From: Pseudomonadales bacterium
GTDB lineage: Bacteria > Pseudomonadota > Gammaproteobacteria > Pseudomonadales > Azotimanducaceae
Assembly (NCBI GenBank): GCA_029249645.1
Contig: JAQWWC010000080.1
Location: 1 to 49,248, forward strand
Direction: 5' to 3'
DNA length: 49,248 nucleotides
A program made the translations under genes and the position numbers. The notes beneath the pieces are model-generated. The model did no database searches and was not told the origin of the DNA. It was given only the letters and a program-made list of their open reading frames with translations. Shown here one piece after another: positions 26,577-35,984 of the stretch; the stretch's first letter is position 1; each line of letters begins with the position of its first letter.

Positions 26577-27812
26577 ATGACGCATTGGGTCCTGAGTGTC
26601 TCACTACGAATGGCCAGTAAGCTCGGTAAAAATGCCGTGTACCAGCGGGCCAATGGTCTCCCCGTCGCAGGCCTTAGCGTTGCGGTCGCGATCTTGGTGA
26701 TCGTGCTTTCGGTAGTCAATGGCTTTGAGGTCGCTTTGCGAGAGCGGGTGCTTAGCCTCTTCCCGCATGTTTTAATTTTTGATCGCAATCAGATGCAGCT
26801 AAATCAGGCGCAACTTGCATTGATCGAATCTCAAGACCAGGTTTTAGCAATCGCACCGATCATGGAACTTGGTGGGATGCTCATCGCAAACGGTGCCCAC
26901 CAAGGGGTTGTGGTCTCTGCCATCGATCCTGCTTTAGAAGTACAGGTGAATGATTTGCCGAGCTACGTATCGAGTGGGACCTGGACCGGTTTAGAAGAGG
27001 TCCCTTTCAGCATAGTGATCAGTCAACAGCTGGCGACGACTTTGGACCTAGTCCTCAACGATCGCGTCACCTTGATGCTGCCAATCGCAAACTTTTCGTT
27101 GGCTGGCATTAGCACGCGCTCTAAACGATTTACCGTAGTTGGCATCTATGACACTGCAACCGACCTAGATCGCGCAACCGCTTATATCAATCTTACGGCC
27201 GGCATTGCACTCGGTGGAAACCGATTCCCTCAAGGCGTACGGTTAAAACTGAAAGATCTGTTTCAAGCCGCCAACGTTTTACAATCGATTTATTACGCCC
27301 AGCCCGGCCAGCCGATCTTCGGATCAAGTTGGATGGGCCGGCAGGGCAGTCTTTATGCGGCCATCGGACTCCAAAAGCAGATTATGTTTGTTTTACTGGC
27401 GCTGCTGGTTGCGGTCGCCGCATTTAACGTTACCTCACAACTGGTCATCTACGTTGAAGAACACCGATCTGATATCGCAATATTGAAAACCTTGGGCGCA
27501 AACGCGCGTGAGATCAGGCGCATTTTCCTGATTCAGGGCATGACCCTTGGTTTGATTGGCACAGGTGCCGGGCTGATCCTGGGTTTTTTCGCTTGTGACG
27601 TGATCAACTGGGGACTTATGGTGCTCCAAAATGTTTTCTCTTTAAATTTGCTGGCAGAGTACTTCGTGCATTACCTGCCATTTGATCGATTGCTAGCAGA
27701 TTTCCTCTGGGTTGCCTGCGTCAGCCTATTTTTATGCTTCATCGCGAGTGTGTATCCAGCACATCGCGCCGCAAAAATGATGATCTCGGAAGGACTTAGA
27801 GATGGCGCTTGA
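26577..27812 (+). CDS. lolC: Lipoprotein-releasing ABC transporter permease LolC
   Basis: FtsX-like permease: VLSVVNGFE, a large periplasmic loop, and C-terminal TM helices with ILKTLGA. It is the first gene of a lolCDE arrangement. Confidence 0.85.
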   Translation: MTHWVLSVSLRMASKLGKNAVYQRANGLPVAGLSVAVAILVIVLSVVNGFEVALRERVLSLFPHVLIFDRNQMQLNQAQLALIESQDQVLAIAPIMELGGMLIANGAHQGVVVSAIDPALEVQVNDLPSYVSSGTWTGLEEVPFSIVISQQLATTLDLVLNDRVTLMLPIANFSLAGISTRSKRFTVVGIYDTATDLDRATAYINLTAGIALGGNRFPQGVRLKLKDLFQAANVLQSIYYAQPGQPIFGSSWMGRQGSLYAAIGLQKQIMFVLLALLVAVAAFNVTSQLVIYVEEHRSDIAILKTLGANAREIRRIFLIQGMTLGLIGTGAGLILGFFACDVINWGLMVLQNVFSLNLLAEYFVHYLPFDRLLADFLWVACVSLFLCFIASVYPAHRAAKMMISEGLRDGA

Positions 27813-28494
27813 GAACAACCCAATCCCCAGTGTAGAGGCTAATACCCTCATCAAATGCTATCCCCATGGTCAAGCGGGTGAAATAAATGTTTTAAACGGT
27901 CTCGATTTAATCATTCACCAGGGAGAGCAGGTTGCGATCACCGGAGCATCCGGTAGCGGCAAGAGCACCTTGCTGCAAATCCTTGCCGGCTTAGAACGCA
28001 CGGACTCAGGCACCGTCTCCTTGCTTGAACAATCAATGCATCAGATGAAAGATCAAGAACTGGCTCGGTTTCGCAACCACCATTTGGGATTTGTTTATCA
28101 GTTTCACCACTTAATCGACGATTTTACAGCTCTAGAGAACGTCGCCTTGCCTGCTCGAATAAAAGGATTGACCACGGCGACTGCAAACGATCAAGCGATG
28201 GCCATCTTGGCCCAAATGGGGTTGTCAGACCGATTGTCCCATTTTCCTTGGCAGCTTTCTGGTGGCGAACGCCAGCGCTGCGCGATTGCCAGAGCGCTGA
28301 TTAATCGGCCGAAAATAATTTTTGCCGACGAACCTACCGGCAACCTTGATCAAGAATCTGCTCAGCAAGTAAGCGACCTTATGATGTCACTGTGTCGATC
28401 AAATGCAGCAACCTTGATTCTCGTCACCCATAACCCGCAGCTAGCGAGCAAAACAGATCGTCAGCTCACCCTTGTTGGCGGCACTTTGCGGTGA
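27802..28494 (+). CDS. lolD: Lipoprotein-releasing ABC transporter ATP-binding protein LolD
   Basis: Walker A GASGSGKST, signature LSGGERQR, Walker B IIFADEPTGNLD. Confidence 0.9.
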   Translation: MALENNPIPSVEANTLIKCYPHGQAGEINVLNGLDLIIHQGEQVAITGASGSGKSTLLQILAGLERTDSGTVSLLEQSMHQMKDQELARFRNHHLGFVYQFHHLIDDFTALENVALPARIKGLTTATANDQAMAILAQMGLSDRLSHFPWQLSGGERQRCAIARALINRPKIIFADEPTGNLDQESAQQVSDLMMSLCRSNAATLILVTHNPQLASKTDRQLTLVGGTLR

Positions 28495-29720
28495 TGATGG
28501 ATCATCCGAAAATGGTGCTGGACATTGCGCTACGTTTTTACGCCAATGGTGTACTCCAGGGCGCTGGTCGACGCTATGTTCAATATGTAAATCGAGCGTC
28601 CGTGATCGGGCTCGCACTCGGAACAGCAGCCCTCATTATCGTGGTCGCTGTCATGAATGGCTTCGATCGCGAACTTCAATTGCGTCTCCTGAGCGTGACT
28701 CCGCATTTGCTGGTTTCCGCGGAGACACCCCGCGAAAAACTTATACGCCATGACAACGTGCAACAAGTGCAGCCTTTTTTATCGGCAGAGGTTTTACTGC
28801 TCGCCGATCAAGGCGGGTTGCTTTTTCGTCTGCAAGGTCTAGCCCCAGGTGATCAACAAGTAGCTGTTATGCAACAGGCTCTTCGTTTGGGCAGGTGGTG
28901 GACGCCGCAAGACGTGGCCCCGATTATTTTAGGCGCGCCTTTGGTTGAGCGATTTGGTTATCAACTTGGCCAATCCATTCCGGTCGCTTTAATTAAAGTA
29001 GATCCGCGGATGCACCGGATCGACCCCCAGGTTGCGAGCTTTACGCTTATCGGGACCTATGCACTTGGCGCGGAAACCGATCAGGCTATCGCGATCACCT
29101 CGCTTTCGGCCCTAGAAACGGTGCTCGATTTACCGCCAGTCCACCGCTTACACTTAAAAGATCCAATGGCGGTGCAGTCGGCTCGGGAAGACCTTATCTC
29201 ACTTGGCATAACGCCTTTGAGTTCTTGGGAGCGTGAGTTTGGTGCTTTTTTCCAAGCGGTTCAGCTCGAAAAGTTAATGATGGGGCTTTTATTATCCGTT
29301 CTAGTTGGCCTTGCCCTCATTAGTCTGACTGCTGGGATGCGTATCGTGATGCTTGAAAAACAACAAACAACCGTCATTCTGATGACCTTAGGATTAACCG
29401 CGAAAGATTGCCGGCACGTTTTCTTGATTCAAAGCGCTTTGCTGTCGGTTACAGGGATTGTGATCGGCTTGCTTCTCGGCGTTCTGATCGCAAGTCAATT
29501 GCCGGCCCTCATGGCCGCCGTTGAGGGCTTAACTGGCTTTTCGATTGTCACAGGAAGTTATTTTTCTGACTTACCCGTTGATATTCGGCTGCTGGATACT
29601 GCCGTGATCATTTTCTCAGCAATGCTCTCATGTGCCTGGGTGATGTGGCGATTGGTGCAATCAAATTTCCGACTGGCGCAAGACTCTGCGCGCCCAAATA
29701 GCCCATCCGCTAGTCTTTAA
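28491..29720 (+). CDS. lolE: Lipoprotein-releasing ABC transporter permease LolE
   Basis: A second FtsX-like permease (VAVMNGFDREL). It overlaps the lolD stop. Confidence 0.85.
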   Translation: MMMDHPKMVLDIALRFYANGVLQGAGRRYVQYVNRASVIGLALGTAALIIVVAVMNGFDRELQLRLLSVTPHLLVSAETPREKLIRHDNVQQVQPFLSAEVLLLADQGGLLFRLQGLAPGDQQVAVMQQALRLGRWWTPQDVAPIILGAPLVERFGYQLGQSIPVALIKVDPRMHRIDPQVASFTLIGTYALGAETDQAIAITSLSALETVLDLPPVHRLHLKDPMAVQSAREDLISLGITPLSSWEREFGAFFQAVQLEKLMMGLLLSVLVGLALISLTAGMRIVMLEKQQTTVILMTLGLTAKDCRHVFLIQSALLSVTGIVIGLLLGVLIASQLPALMAAVEGLTGFSIVTGSYFSDLPVDIRLLDTAVIIFSAMLSCAWVMWRLVQSNFRLAQDSARPNSPSASL

Positions 29721-30196
29721 TCACGCTTGGACCGCATGCCCCAATAAAGCTGCACCCCGACAAATCCGAGCGAGCCCAGCGTTAAACCGCACGTTAAGCA
29801 TCCTACAATCAACGGTAACCAGATCTCGGCAAGTCGACTTACGATCCAGGCAAAAGACAAATCATAGGTCGATAAGTCGATCGACTGACCCGTAATCAAT
29901 GCGCCTACTTCAAAGGCAAAATACATCATGGGCGCCATAGTAATCGGGTTACTGATCCAGACAAGCGCAATGGCAATCGGGATATTACAGCGGCGCCAAA
30001 TGCATAATAGCAAACAGGGCGCCATCTGAAACGGTATGGGTAAAAAACAACACAAGAATCCCCACAGAAATGCCTCAGAAACACTGTGACGGTTCATATG
30101 CCAAAGGTCCGCATCATGAATAAACGCACCGAAGAGCCGAAATATCTTCTGGTTTTGCAGCGTCTTTCGATCCGGTAGAAAGCGTTTAAAGGTCAT
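29717..30196 (-). CDS. DUF2062-domain membrane protein
   Basis: 159 aa. The pattern GFLCCFLPIPFQMAPCLLLCIWRRCNIPIAIALVWISNPITMAPMMYFAFEVG is characteristic. Its stop codon overlaps the lolE stop in convergent orientation (TTTAAT). Confidence 0.7.
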   Translation of the reverse strand: MTFKRFLPDRKTLQNQKIFRLFGAFIHDADLWHMNRHSVSEAFLWGFLCCFLPIPFQMAPCLLLCIWRRCNIPIAIALVWISNPITMAPMMYFAFEVGALITGQSIDLSTYDLSFAWIVSRLAEIWLPLIVGCLTCGLTLGSLGFVGVQLYWGMRSKRD

Positions 30197-30355
30197 GTGA
30201 CTCGATGGTTTCCTTCAGACAAATCTTGCGGCGACTCAAAGCCCACAGGCCCGCGGTCGGCGGGATTCTCACAAACTAAATCCCTGAGCATTGACGCACA
30301 ACGCGCGCCGATTAAGTCGCAGAATATATAGCATGTTGTTCTTAGATACTACGGC

Positions 30356-32599
30356 ATGGCCCTCGCTGCGATCACACTCTTATTAATTCAAAGGGGTAGC
30401 CTTTTATTACCGGCCTTACCGAATAGCGATCTGCTTTGGCTAACCTTGCCTGTGGCAATTGCGGCCTTATGGTATCCAAGCAGTCGAATCCTAGGCTGGA
30501 TCGTGATTGCTCTAATCATACAATTTGAACAACTCTCGGTCGCGACCTATCCAAAGCAATTGAGCATCCATCTGGGTCAAGCATTGCGCGTCACCGCAGA
30601 AGTAACTAGCTTGATCAGCCAAGGGCAGTATACGAACCGTTTTACGGCCGATATCCTGCAGGCTCCGATGGCAAGCCGCCTCGAAGGGCATCGAATTCAG
30701 CTGTTTTATGACCCGACAGGATTAACAAACGATGTCGTACCGGGTAGTCAAGTCAACGCCGTCATCCAGTTGACAGCCCTGCGAGGACTCGTAAATCCAC
30801 ACTCCGGCCATAGTCACCAAAGAATGGTTTTTCGAGGTATTTCGGGTCGAGGCACCTTAATTCACCATCAAACCCTTAGCGCCCAACCAAGCCCACTGAA
30901 CGCTCTAACGCACCGACATGCTATTCAGCGCTGGCTTGATAATTCGTTGTCACCTAGCAGTAGTCAGGTCATTCAAGCAATCACCATTGGCGGTGCGACG
31001 GCGATGGACCGGAAACAACGCGAAAGCTTGCAAGCAACCGGCACCCAACACTTACTGGTTATATCGGGCCTGCACTTAAGCTTTGTAGGCTGGGGCATTT
31101 TTAGAATTTTGCGTTGGGTCGGGCTGCCTGTCACCCATTGTTATCTACTTGCGGCGGCGGCCATCACTGGGTACTTCTGGGTATCAGCGCAAGCAGTCTC
31201 TGTTCTGCGGGCAAGTCTTATGTGTTTTTTGGTTGTCGGGGCTGGCCTCGCGCGGAGTCGGATAGCCTTCAGCGACATCTACTGGTTTGCCATGATTGTG
31301 ACCCTCTTGCATTCACCTTGGGTGAGTGGTTTGCCGGGATTTTGGTATTCCTTTACGTGTGTCGGTGTCTTGTTATTGATTTCAAACACCCAAAGACTTG
31401 AGGCCCAATCTGGGTGGTTGCGATTTTTAGTATCCTTTAAAACGCAAGTGCTACTTGCGTTGGCAGTGATGCCCCTTGGGTCTATTTTGACAGGATTTAT
31501 GCCCCTAATCGGACCGATTGCAAATCAAATTGCCATTCCATTGATGTCGATCCTAGTGTTACCCCCAGCGCTTGCCAGCGTCTTTCTCTTTTTGATCAGC
31601 GAAGCCTTGCCGGCAAATAGCGTTCTATCCCTGGCACGCGGGTTACTCTGGATCAGCGACCTCGGGTTGCAGTTTCTCTGGATCGTCCTCGACTTCTTTG
31701 CAGATCTCGGAATCTCGCTCACCCTTGCGCGCTTACCCATTCTCTATCTGATCTTAGCGTTCGCTGCTTTTTTGACTGTCATTACGGGTCTTCGCCTGCT
31801 ATCCGTCGCGGCAGTGATGGCCATCTGGCTTGCTTTGATCGCGCCCAAGCCCTCACGACCTGAATTTGCGACGGTCACGCTTCAGGTTATCGATGTTGGA
31901 CAAGGCAACAGTCTTTTGCTGCAAACCGCGCACCACAACTTGCTCTACGATGCAGGGCCATTGTCTCGCAGTGGCTTCGATGCGGGTGCCGCAATTGTTG
32001 TCCCGGCATTGCGGGCTAAAGGCATTGACCAGTTACATCAGCTTATTATTTCTCACGGGGACGCAGATCATGCTGGCGGACAAGGTAGCCTGCAACGCGC
32101 CCTTAAAATTGACGAAGTGATCGACCCCAGCCATGTCGATTGCAGAACCCAGCGAGCCTTCAAAATTGATGGGGTAAACTTTCGACTGCTGAGTTGGCAG
32201 GCCGGCGCGAATCGAAATAATCGTTCATGTTTACTTCAAGTAACAGGGCCCGGCTTTAACCTGCTTTTGTCTGGTGATATTGAGGTTGAGGCAGAGCTCG
32301 CCCTATTGCGCGAGCTGCAAGGTGACGTTGATTGGCTAATGGTACCGCATCATGGCTCAAGAACCTCATCTTCCCCGGCGCTGCTCAATCGCCTCAGACC
32401 GCAATGGGCGGTCATCGCAGCCGGATTCAACAATGTCTTTCACCACCCCCACCCAGAAATCGTAGTGCGGTATCAAAACCGGGGTGCCCACGTGATATCG
32501 ACAGCCGAGCAGGGCGCTCTGACCTTTAAAGCCGACCAGAAAGGCGTGCATTCGATCTCATCTGCAAGGTCCGCACATCAACGATTTTGGTCTGATTAG
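30356..32599 (+). CDS. comEC: DNA internalization-related competence protein ComEC/Rec2
   Basis: 747 aa. It has the polytopic competence domain (TGTQHLLVISGLHL) plus a C-terminal MBL domain (VIDVGQGNS, ISHGDADHAGG, MVPHHGS). Confidence 0.85.
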   Translation: MALAAITLLLIQRGSLLLPALPNSDLLWLTLPVAIAALWYPSSRILGWIVIALIIQFEQLSVATYPKQLSIHLGQALRVTAEVTSLISQGQYTNRFTADILQAPMASRLEGHRIQLFYDPTGLTNDVVPGSQVNAVIQLTALRGLVNPHSGHSHQRMVFRGISGRGTLIHHQTLSAQPSPLNALTHRHAIQRWLDNSLSPSSSQVIQAITIGGATAMDRKQRESLQATGTQHLLVISGLHLSFVGWGIFRILRWVGLPVTHCYLLAAAAITGYFWVSAQAVSVLRASLMCFLVVGAGLARSRIAFSDIYWFAMIVTLLHSPWVSGLPGFWYSFTCVGVLLLISNTQRLEAQSGWLRFLVSFKTQVLLALAVMPLGSILTGFMPLIGPIANQIAIPLMSILVLPPALASVFLFLISEALPANSVLSLARGLLWISDLGLQFLWIVLDFFADLGISLTLARLPILYLILAFAAFLTVITGLRLLSVAAVMAIWLALIAPKPSRPEFATVTLQVIDVGQGNSLLLQTAHHNLLYDAGPLSRSGFDAGAAIVVPALRAKGIDQLHQLIISHGDADHAGGQGSLQRALKIDEVIDPSHVDCRTQRAFKIDGVNFRLLSWQAGANRNNRSCLLQVTGPGFNLLLSGDIEVEAELALLRELQGDVDWLMVPHHGSRTSSSPALLNRLRPQWAVIAAGFNNVFHHPHPEIVVRYQNRGAHVISTAEQGALTFKADQKGVHSISSARSAHQRFWSD

Positions 32600-32670
32600 A
32601 GGCGAAGCCTTGCAATTGATTCGTAAAGTGTAGATCCTTCGCCCGCTTTAACCCGCAAAAGAGATCTCAC

Positions 32671-33519
32671 TTGGACAAACCTACTCTTATTGACCAACTC
32701 GATTTAGAACAGATTGAAACCAATCTGTTTCGAGGCATTAGCGAAGACCTTGGAACCCCTCGGGTTTTTGGCGGCCAGGTTATTGGTCAGGCGCTCATTG
32801 CCGCTCTTAGAACGGTGGAAGGGCGGCATTGCCACTCGCTCCACGGCTATTTTTTACGCCCAGGAGACCCGACGCGTCCAATAATCTATGAGGTCGACCG
32901 TATTCGGGATGGCCGGAGCTTCACAACAAGGCGAGTCGTTGCCATTCAAGCAGGGCAGGCGATCTTTAATATGTCCTGTAGTTTTCAGGTGCTGGAAGAC
33001 GGCCTCAGCCATCAAAGGGACATGCCGGATGTGCCCCTGCCAGACGATATCCCTGATGACTCTGAGGCCTTGGCGGCTCGGCTCGAACAGTTTCCACCAG
33101 CTATGCGCGAAATGATGATGCGACAGCGCCCAATTGAACTCAAACGGGTTGAGCCGGTTGATTTCCTTAACCCGGTAAAACGGGCGCCCAAGCAACATAC
33201 TTGGTTTCGCGCAAGGCAACCACTTGGTGACGATATCGCAATGCACCAATGTTTGCTGGCTTATGCCTCCGACATGGGGATTTTGAGTACTTGCACGCTG
33301 CCACATGGCAAATCGTTCTTAACGGGTTTAATGACGGCGAGCTTAGACCATGCCATGTGGTTCCATAGACCTTTCCGGTTTGACGAATGGATTTTGTTCG
33401 AGCAAGACTCTCCGGCAGCTGGGGGTGCTCGCGGTTTCAATCGCGGTAGCATGTTCACTGAAGCCGGCCTTTTGATTGCGTCCGTTGCCCAAGAAGGGTT
33501 AATTCGAGAAATTGGTTAA
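32671..33519 (+). CDS. tesB: Acyl-CoA thioesterase II
   Basis: Double hot-dog protein with FGGQVIGQAL, RDGRSFTTRRV and LLAYASD. TTG start according to the ORF track. Confidence 0.85.
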   Translation: MDKPTLIDQLDLEQIETNLFRGISEDLGTPRVFGGQVIGQALIAALRTVEGRHCHSLHGYFLRPGDPTRPIIYEVDRIRDGRSFTTRRVVAIQAGQAIFNMSCSFQVLEDGLSHQRDMPDVPLPDDIPDDSEALAARLEQFPPAMREMMMRQRPIELKRVEPVDFLNPVKRAPKQHTWFRARQPLGDDIAMHQCLLAYASDMGILSTCTLPHGKSFLTGLMTASLDHAMWFHRPFRFDEWILFEQDSPAAGGARGFNRGSMFTEAGLLIASVAQEGLIREIG

Positions 33520-33540
33520 TCGCAAGAGGAGGGCGCGCGC

Positions 33541-34017
33541 CTACCGCGGCGTCACCCGCTTAAGCGCTTTCACCAGTTGTTGCTTGTCTGCCTGGCTGAG
33601 GAACTGGCCCAATTCTGACTCGTGGTTATGACTACGAATCGCAATTCGGGAGACACCCCAGGGATGAGGCGGCGGTGAAACCAAATATTTGGCCCAAAGT
33701 CGCTGGTAGGTGATCGCTTGATTTGGCGAACGAACGCCTTGTTCGATGCTTACAAGTTCATCCGAAACCGTAATTACTTCTTGACGATTGCATTGCCGGT
33801 TACAGTAAAACATACACCCTGCCAGCGCACCCATCTCGATGATGGAGAATGGCAGAATCATCCAAGCCCCGGCAAATAAAAACCCGATGCTTACGGTACC
33901 TGACACGATCATTAGGGTGTACAGAAGATACAGATTGAACCGCCAAGTGCCGGATGCATTTGGACGCAAAACGATTTGCCCGGTTTGGGTTGTGTCGTCA
34001 ATATCGAGTTCCACCAT
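33541..34017 (-). CDS. DUF2244-like integral membrane protein
   Basis: 158 aa. The pattern LRPNASGTWRF, two TM helices, then ...EVITVSDELVSIEQG resembles DUF2244. Confidence 0.55.
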   Translation of the reverse strand: MVELDIDDTTQTGQIVLRPNASGTWRFNLYLLYTLMIVSGTVSIGFLFAGAWMILPFSIIEMGALAGCMFYCNRQCNRQEVITVSDELVSIEQGVRSPNQAITYQRLWAKYLVSPPPHPWGVSRIAIRSHNHESELGQFLSQADKQQLVKALKRVTPR

Positions 34018-34031
34018 GTTCTCGTGATCCT

Positions 34032-35141
34032 TTACGTCGACGCCTTAATCGGCTCACCTTGAACAAGCGCTGCAAGATGCTGCCGTAGATGAGTATTTTC
34101 TTCAACTGTCCCAATGGTGATACGAAGCTTGTCCTGCAAGCGATCATGCGAAAAGTAGCGCACTAGAATATGCCGTGCTTTCAAACCCTCATAGAGTGCT
34201 TCGGCGCTCAGGGGGCATTCTGGGGGCACGGTCGCCAGCAGAAAATTGCTTTCAGATGCGACGACTTGCAGTCCCAGCGCCTGAAGGTCACGACAAAGGT
34301 CTGAACGGCTTAAACGAACCTGCTCCCAAACTGACTTTGCATAAGCTTGATCCGCTAAAGCGACTTCCGCGAGTTGCTGACTAATGACATCGAGGTTGTA
34401 GCTGTCACGCGTCTTGTGCAGCATCGGGTCAATAAGGTGCTGAGGGCCAATGCCGTAACCCACTCTTAGGCCGGCAAGGCCATAGCCTTTGCTCAGCGTT
34501 CGGAGCAAGACAATATTGTCTGAGTTGACCGCTAATTGGGTCAGGTCATGCGCGGGGTCTGAGACGAAGTCCACGTAAGCTTCGTCAATTACGAGAATGC
34601 CTTCAATCTCTGAGGCTAAAACGCGCAAGGTCTCTCCGTCGATCAAACGACCACTCGGTGCATGCGGATTGACGATAAACGTAAGTTGGCACTGATGCCC
34701 GGTAATCACGCTCGAAAAATTCTGGGGTAGAGACCAATCTGCCTCGAGCGGAATCGAGGCGACCGTCGCGTCTTGAATTGCTGTAAGGATTGGGTAGAGA
34801 GAGTAGGTTGGGTCGGTCATGCCGACGCAGGCCCCTGGGTCAACAAAGGTCGTCAGCAATAACCGCAACAGCTCATCGCCCCCGCGCGTTGCAATCACGT
34901 TTTCGCGTGCAACCTTATGAACCGATGCCGCAGTCGATCGAAAACGGTCTGCTGTTGGTTGTGGGTAGCGCCGGAGTGATTCGATTGCAATGCTCGCGAT
35001 CACCTCTTGTACTTTCGGTGAGGTCGGGTAAGGGCTCTCGTTCGTGTTCAGTTTTATGACGGGCGCGTTGAACGGTTGTTCGCCTGGCACATAGCCGTCA
35101 AGTTTTGCAATATTTTGCCGTTCGAATCGTTTACTGCTCAT
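34032..35141 (-). CDS. hisC: Histidinol-phosphate aminotransferase
   Basis: 369 aa, class-II aminotransferase. It has LNTNESPYP, IDEAYVDF and the PLP-Lys block TLSKGYGLAGLRVGY. Confidence 0.85.
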   Translation of the reverse strand: MSSKRFERQNIAKLDGYVPGEQPFNAPVIKLNTNESPYPTSPKVQEVIASIAIESLRRYPQPTADRFRSTAASVHKVARENVIATRGGDELLRLLLTTFVDPGACVGMTDPTYSLYPILTAIQDATVASIPLEADWSLPQNFSSVITGHQCQLTFIVNPHAPSGRLIDGETLRVLASEIEGILVIDEAYVDFVSDPAHDLTQLAVNSDNIVLLRTLSKGYGLAGLRVGYGIGPQHLIDPMLHKTRDSYNLDVISQQLAEVALADQAYAKSVWEQVRLSRSDLCRDLQALGLQVVASESNFLLATVPPECPLSAEALYEGLKARHILVRYFSHDRLQDKLRITIGTVEENTHLRQHLAALVQGEPIKAST

Positions 35142-35679
35142 CTAAAAAATCCTTATAGCTGACGCCCATTACCTCGGCAAAAATTTTACCGGCAGGCCGT
35201 TCAATGACAACCTCATCACCGACTCTTTTGCCCAATAACGCTCTTGCAACTGGACTATTCAAGCTGATCCAACCCCGAGCTAGGTCGAATTCGTCTTCTC
35301 CGACAATTCTGTGCGTCATCACGTCATCATTATCCAATTGCAGTCGAACCCAGGCACCAAAAAAAATCTTCTCGGTATCTTTCGGAGTTCGGTCCACGAC
35401 TTCCAAAACATCGAGCCGTTTTTCAAGAAACCGGACTCTACGGTCAATTTCTCGAAGTAGCCGTTTGCCATAGATATAGTCGGCGTTTTCAGACCGATCG
35501 CCTAAGGCCGCTGCCGCAGAGACCTGTTGAGTGATCTTCGGCCGTTTGTCCCGCCAGAGATACTGCAGCTCGGCTCGGAGCTTGCTCGCGCCTTGTGGCG
35601 TGATGTAGACCTTTTCGCTCACCTTGATGCCCTCGAAGAATAATGGACCCAAAACACGATTACCGAAGCCGAGAGCCAC
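35131..35679 (-). CDS. greB: Transcription elongation factor GreB
   Basis: Contains LQYLW...ALGDRSENADYIYGKRLLREIDRRVRFL and IVGEDEFD...ISLNSPVARALLGK. By alignment to E. coli GreB, the real start is probably the GTG at 35622. Confidence 0.85.
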   Translation of the reverse strand: MALGFGNRVLGPLFFEGIKVSEKVYITPQGASKLRAELQYLWRDKRPKITQQVSAAAALGDRSENADYIYGKRLLREIDRRVRFLEKRLDVLEVVDRTPKDTEKIFFGAWVRLQLDNDDVMTHRIVGEDEFDLARGWISLNSPVARALLGKRVGDEVVIERPAGKIFAEVMGVSYKDFLDEQ

Positions 35680-35984
35680 TGAGAATCGCCGTGCGGGGAT
35701 CGCTTTCGGAGACGCCGGTCGCTACAGACCAATCAGGATAAAACGTGCTAATCGGTAACGTTTCTGCTCGTATGGTTGCAAGATAGGCAACGGCCCAGTC
35801 TACCTAAACCTGGAATTGTCATTCGCAATAATGTCGGGCCTTGACCCGGACCGAAATCCGTTCCTCCGTGCATCTGGTGATCACAAAGCGTTTGCCCTTG
35901 ATTTTCACTCCCAAGGTATTATACATAAGCCCAGACGCGAAAACGCGACGCGTGAGCAGATTATCGAATCAGTGAGGATTCACA

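Noticed and set aside
26541-26579. A mini-ORF MEYLRYKSMTVGQ overlaps the lolC start (ATGA). It raised the possibility of a frameshifted lolC N-terminus, because LRY resembles the LolC ALRYL motif.
   Set aside because: The annotated lolC frame already contains an equivalent N-terminal segment (LSVSLRMASK...) followed by the first TM helix and VNGFE. No frameshift is needed.
35895-35926. Sigma32-like heat-shock promoter upstream of clpB (CCCTTGA at 35895-35901).
   Set aside because: The -35 half matches CCCTTGAA. However, no CCCCAT-type -10 lies at 13-15 nt spacing. The sequence there is ATTATACAT. That is too weak to call without 5'-end data.
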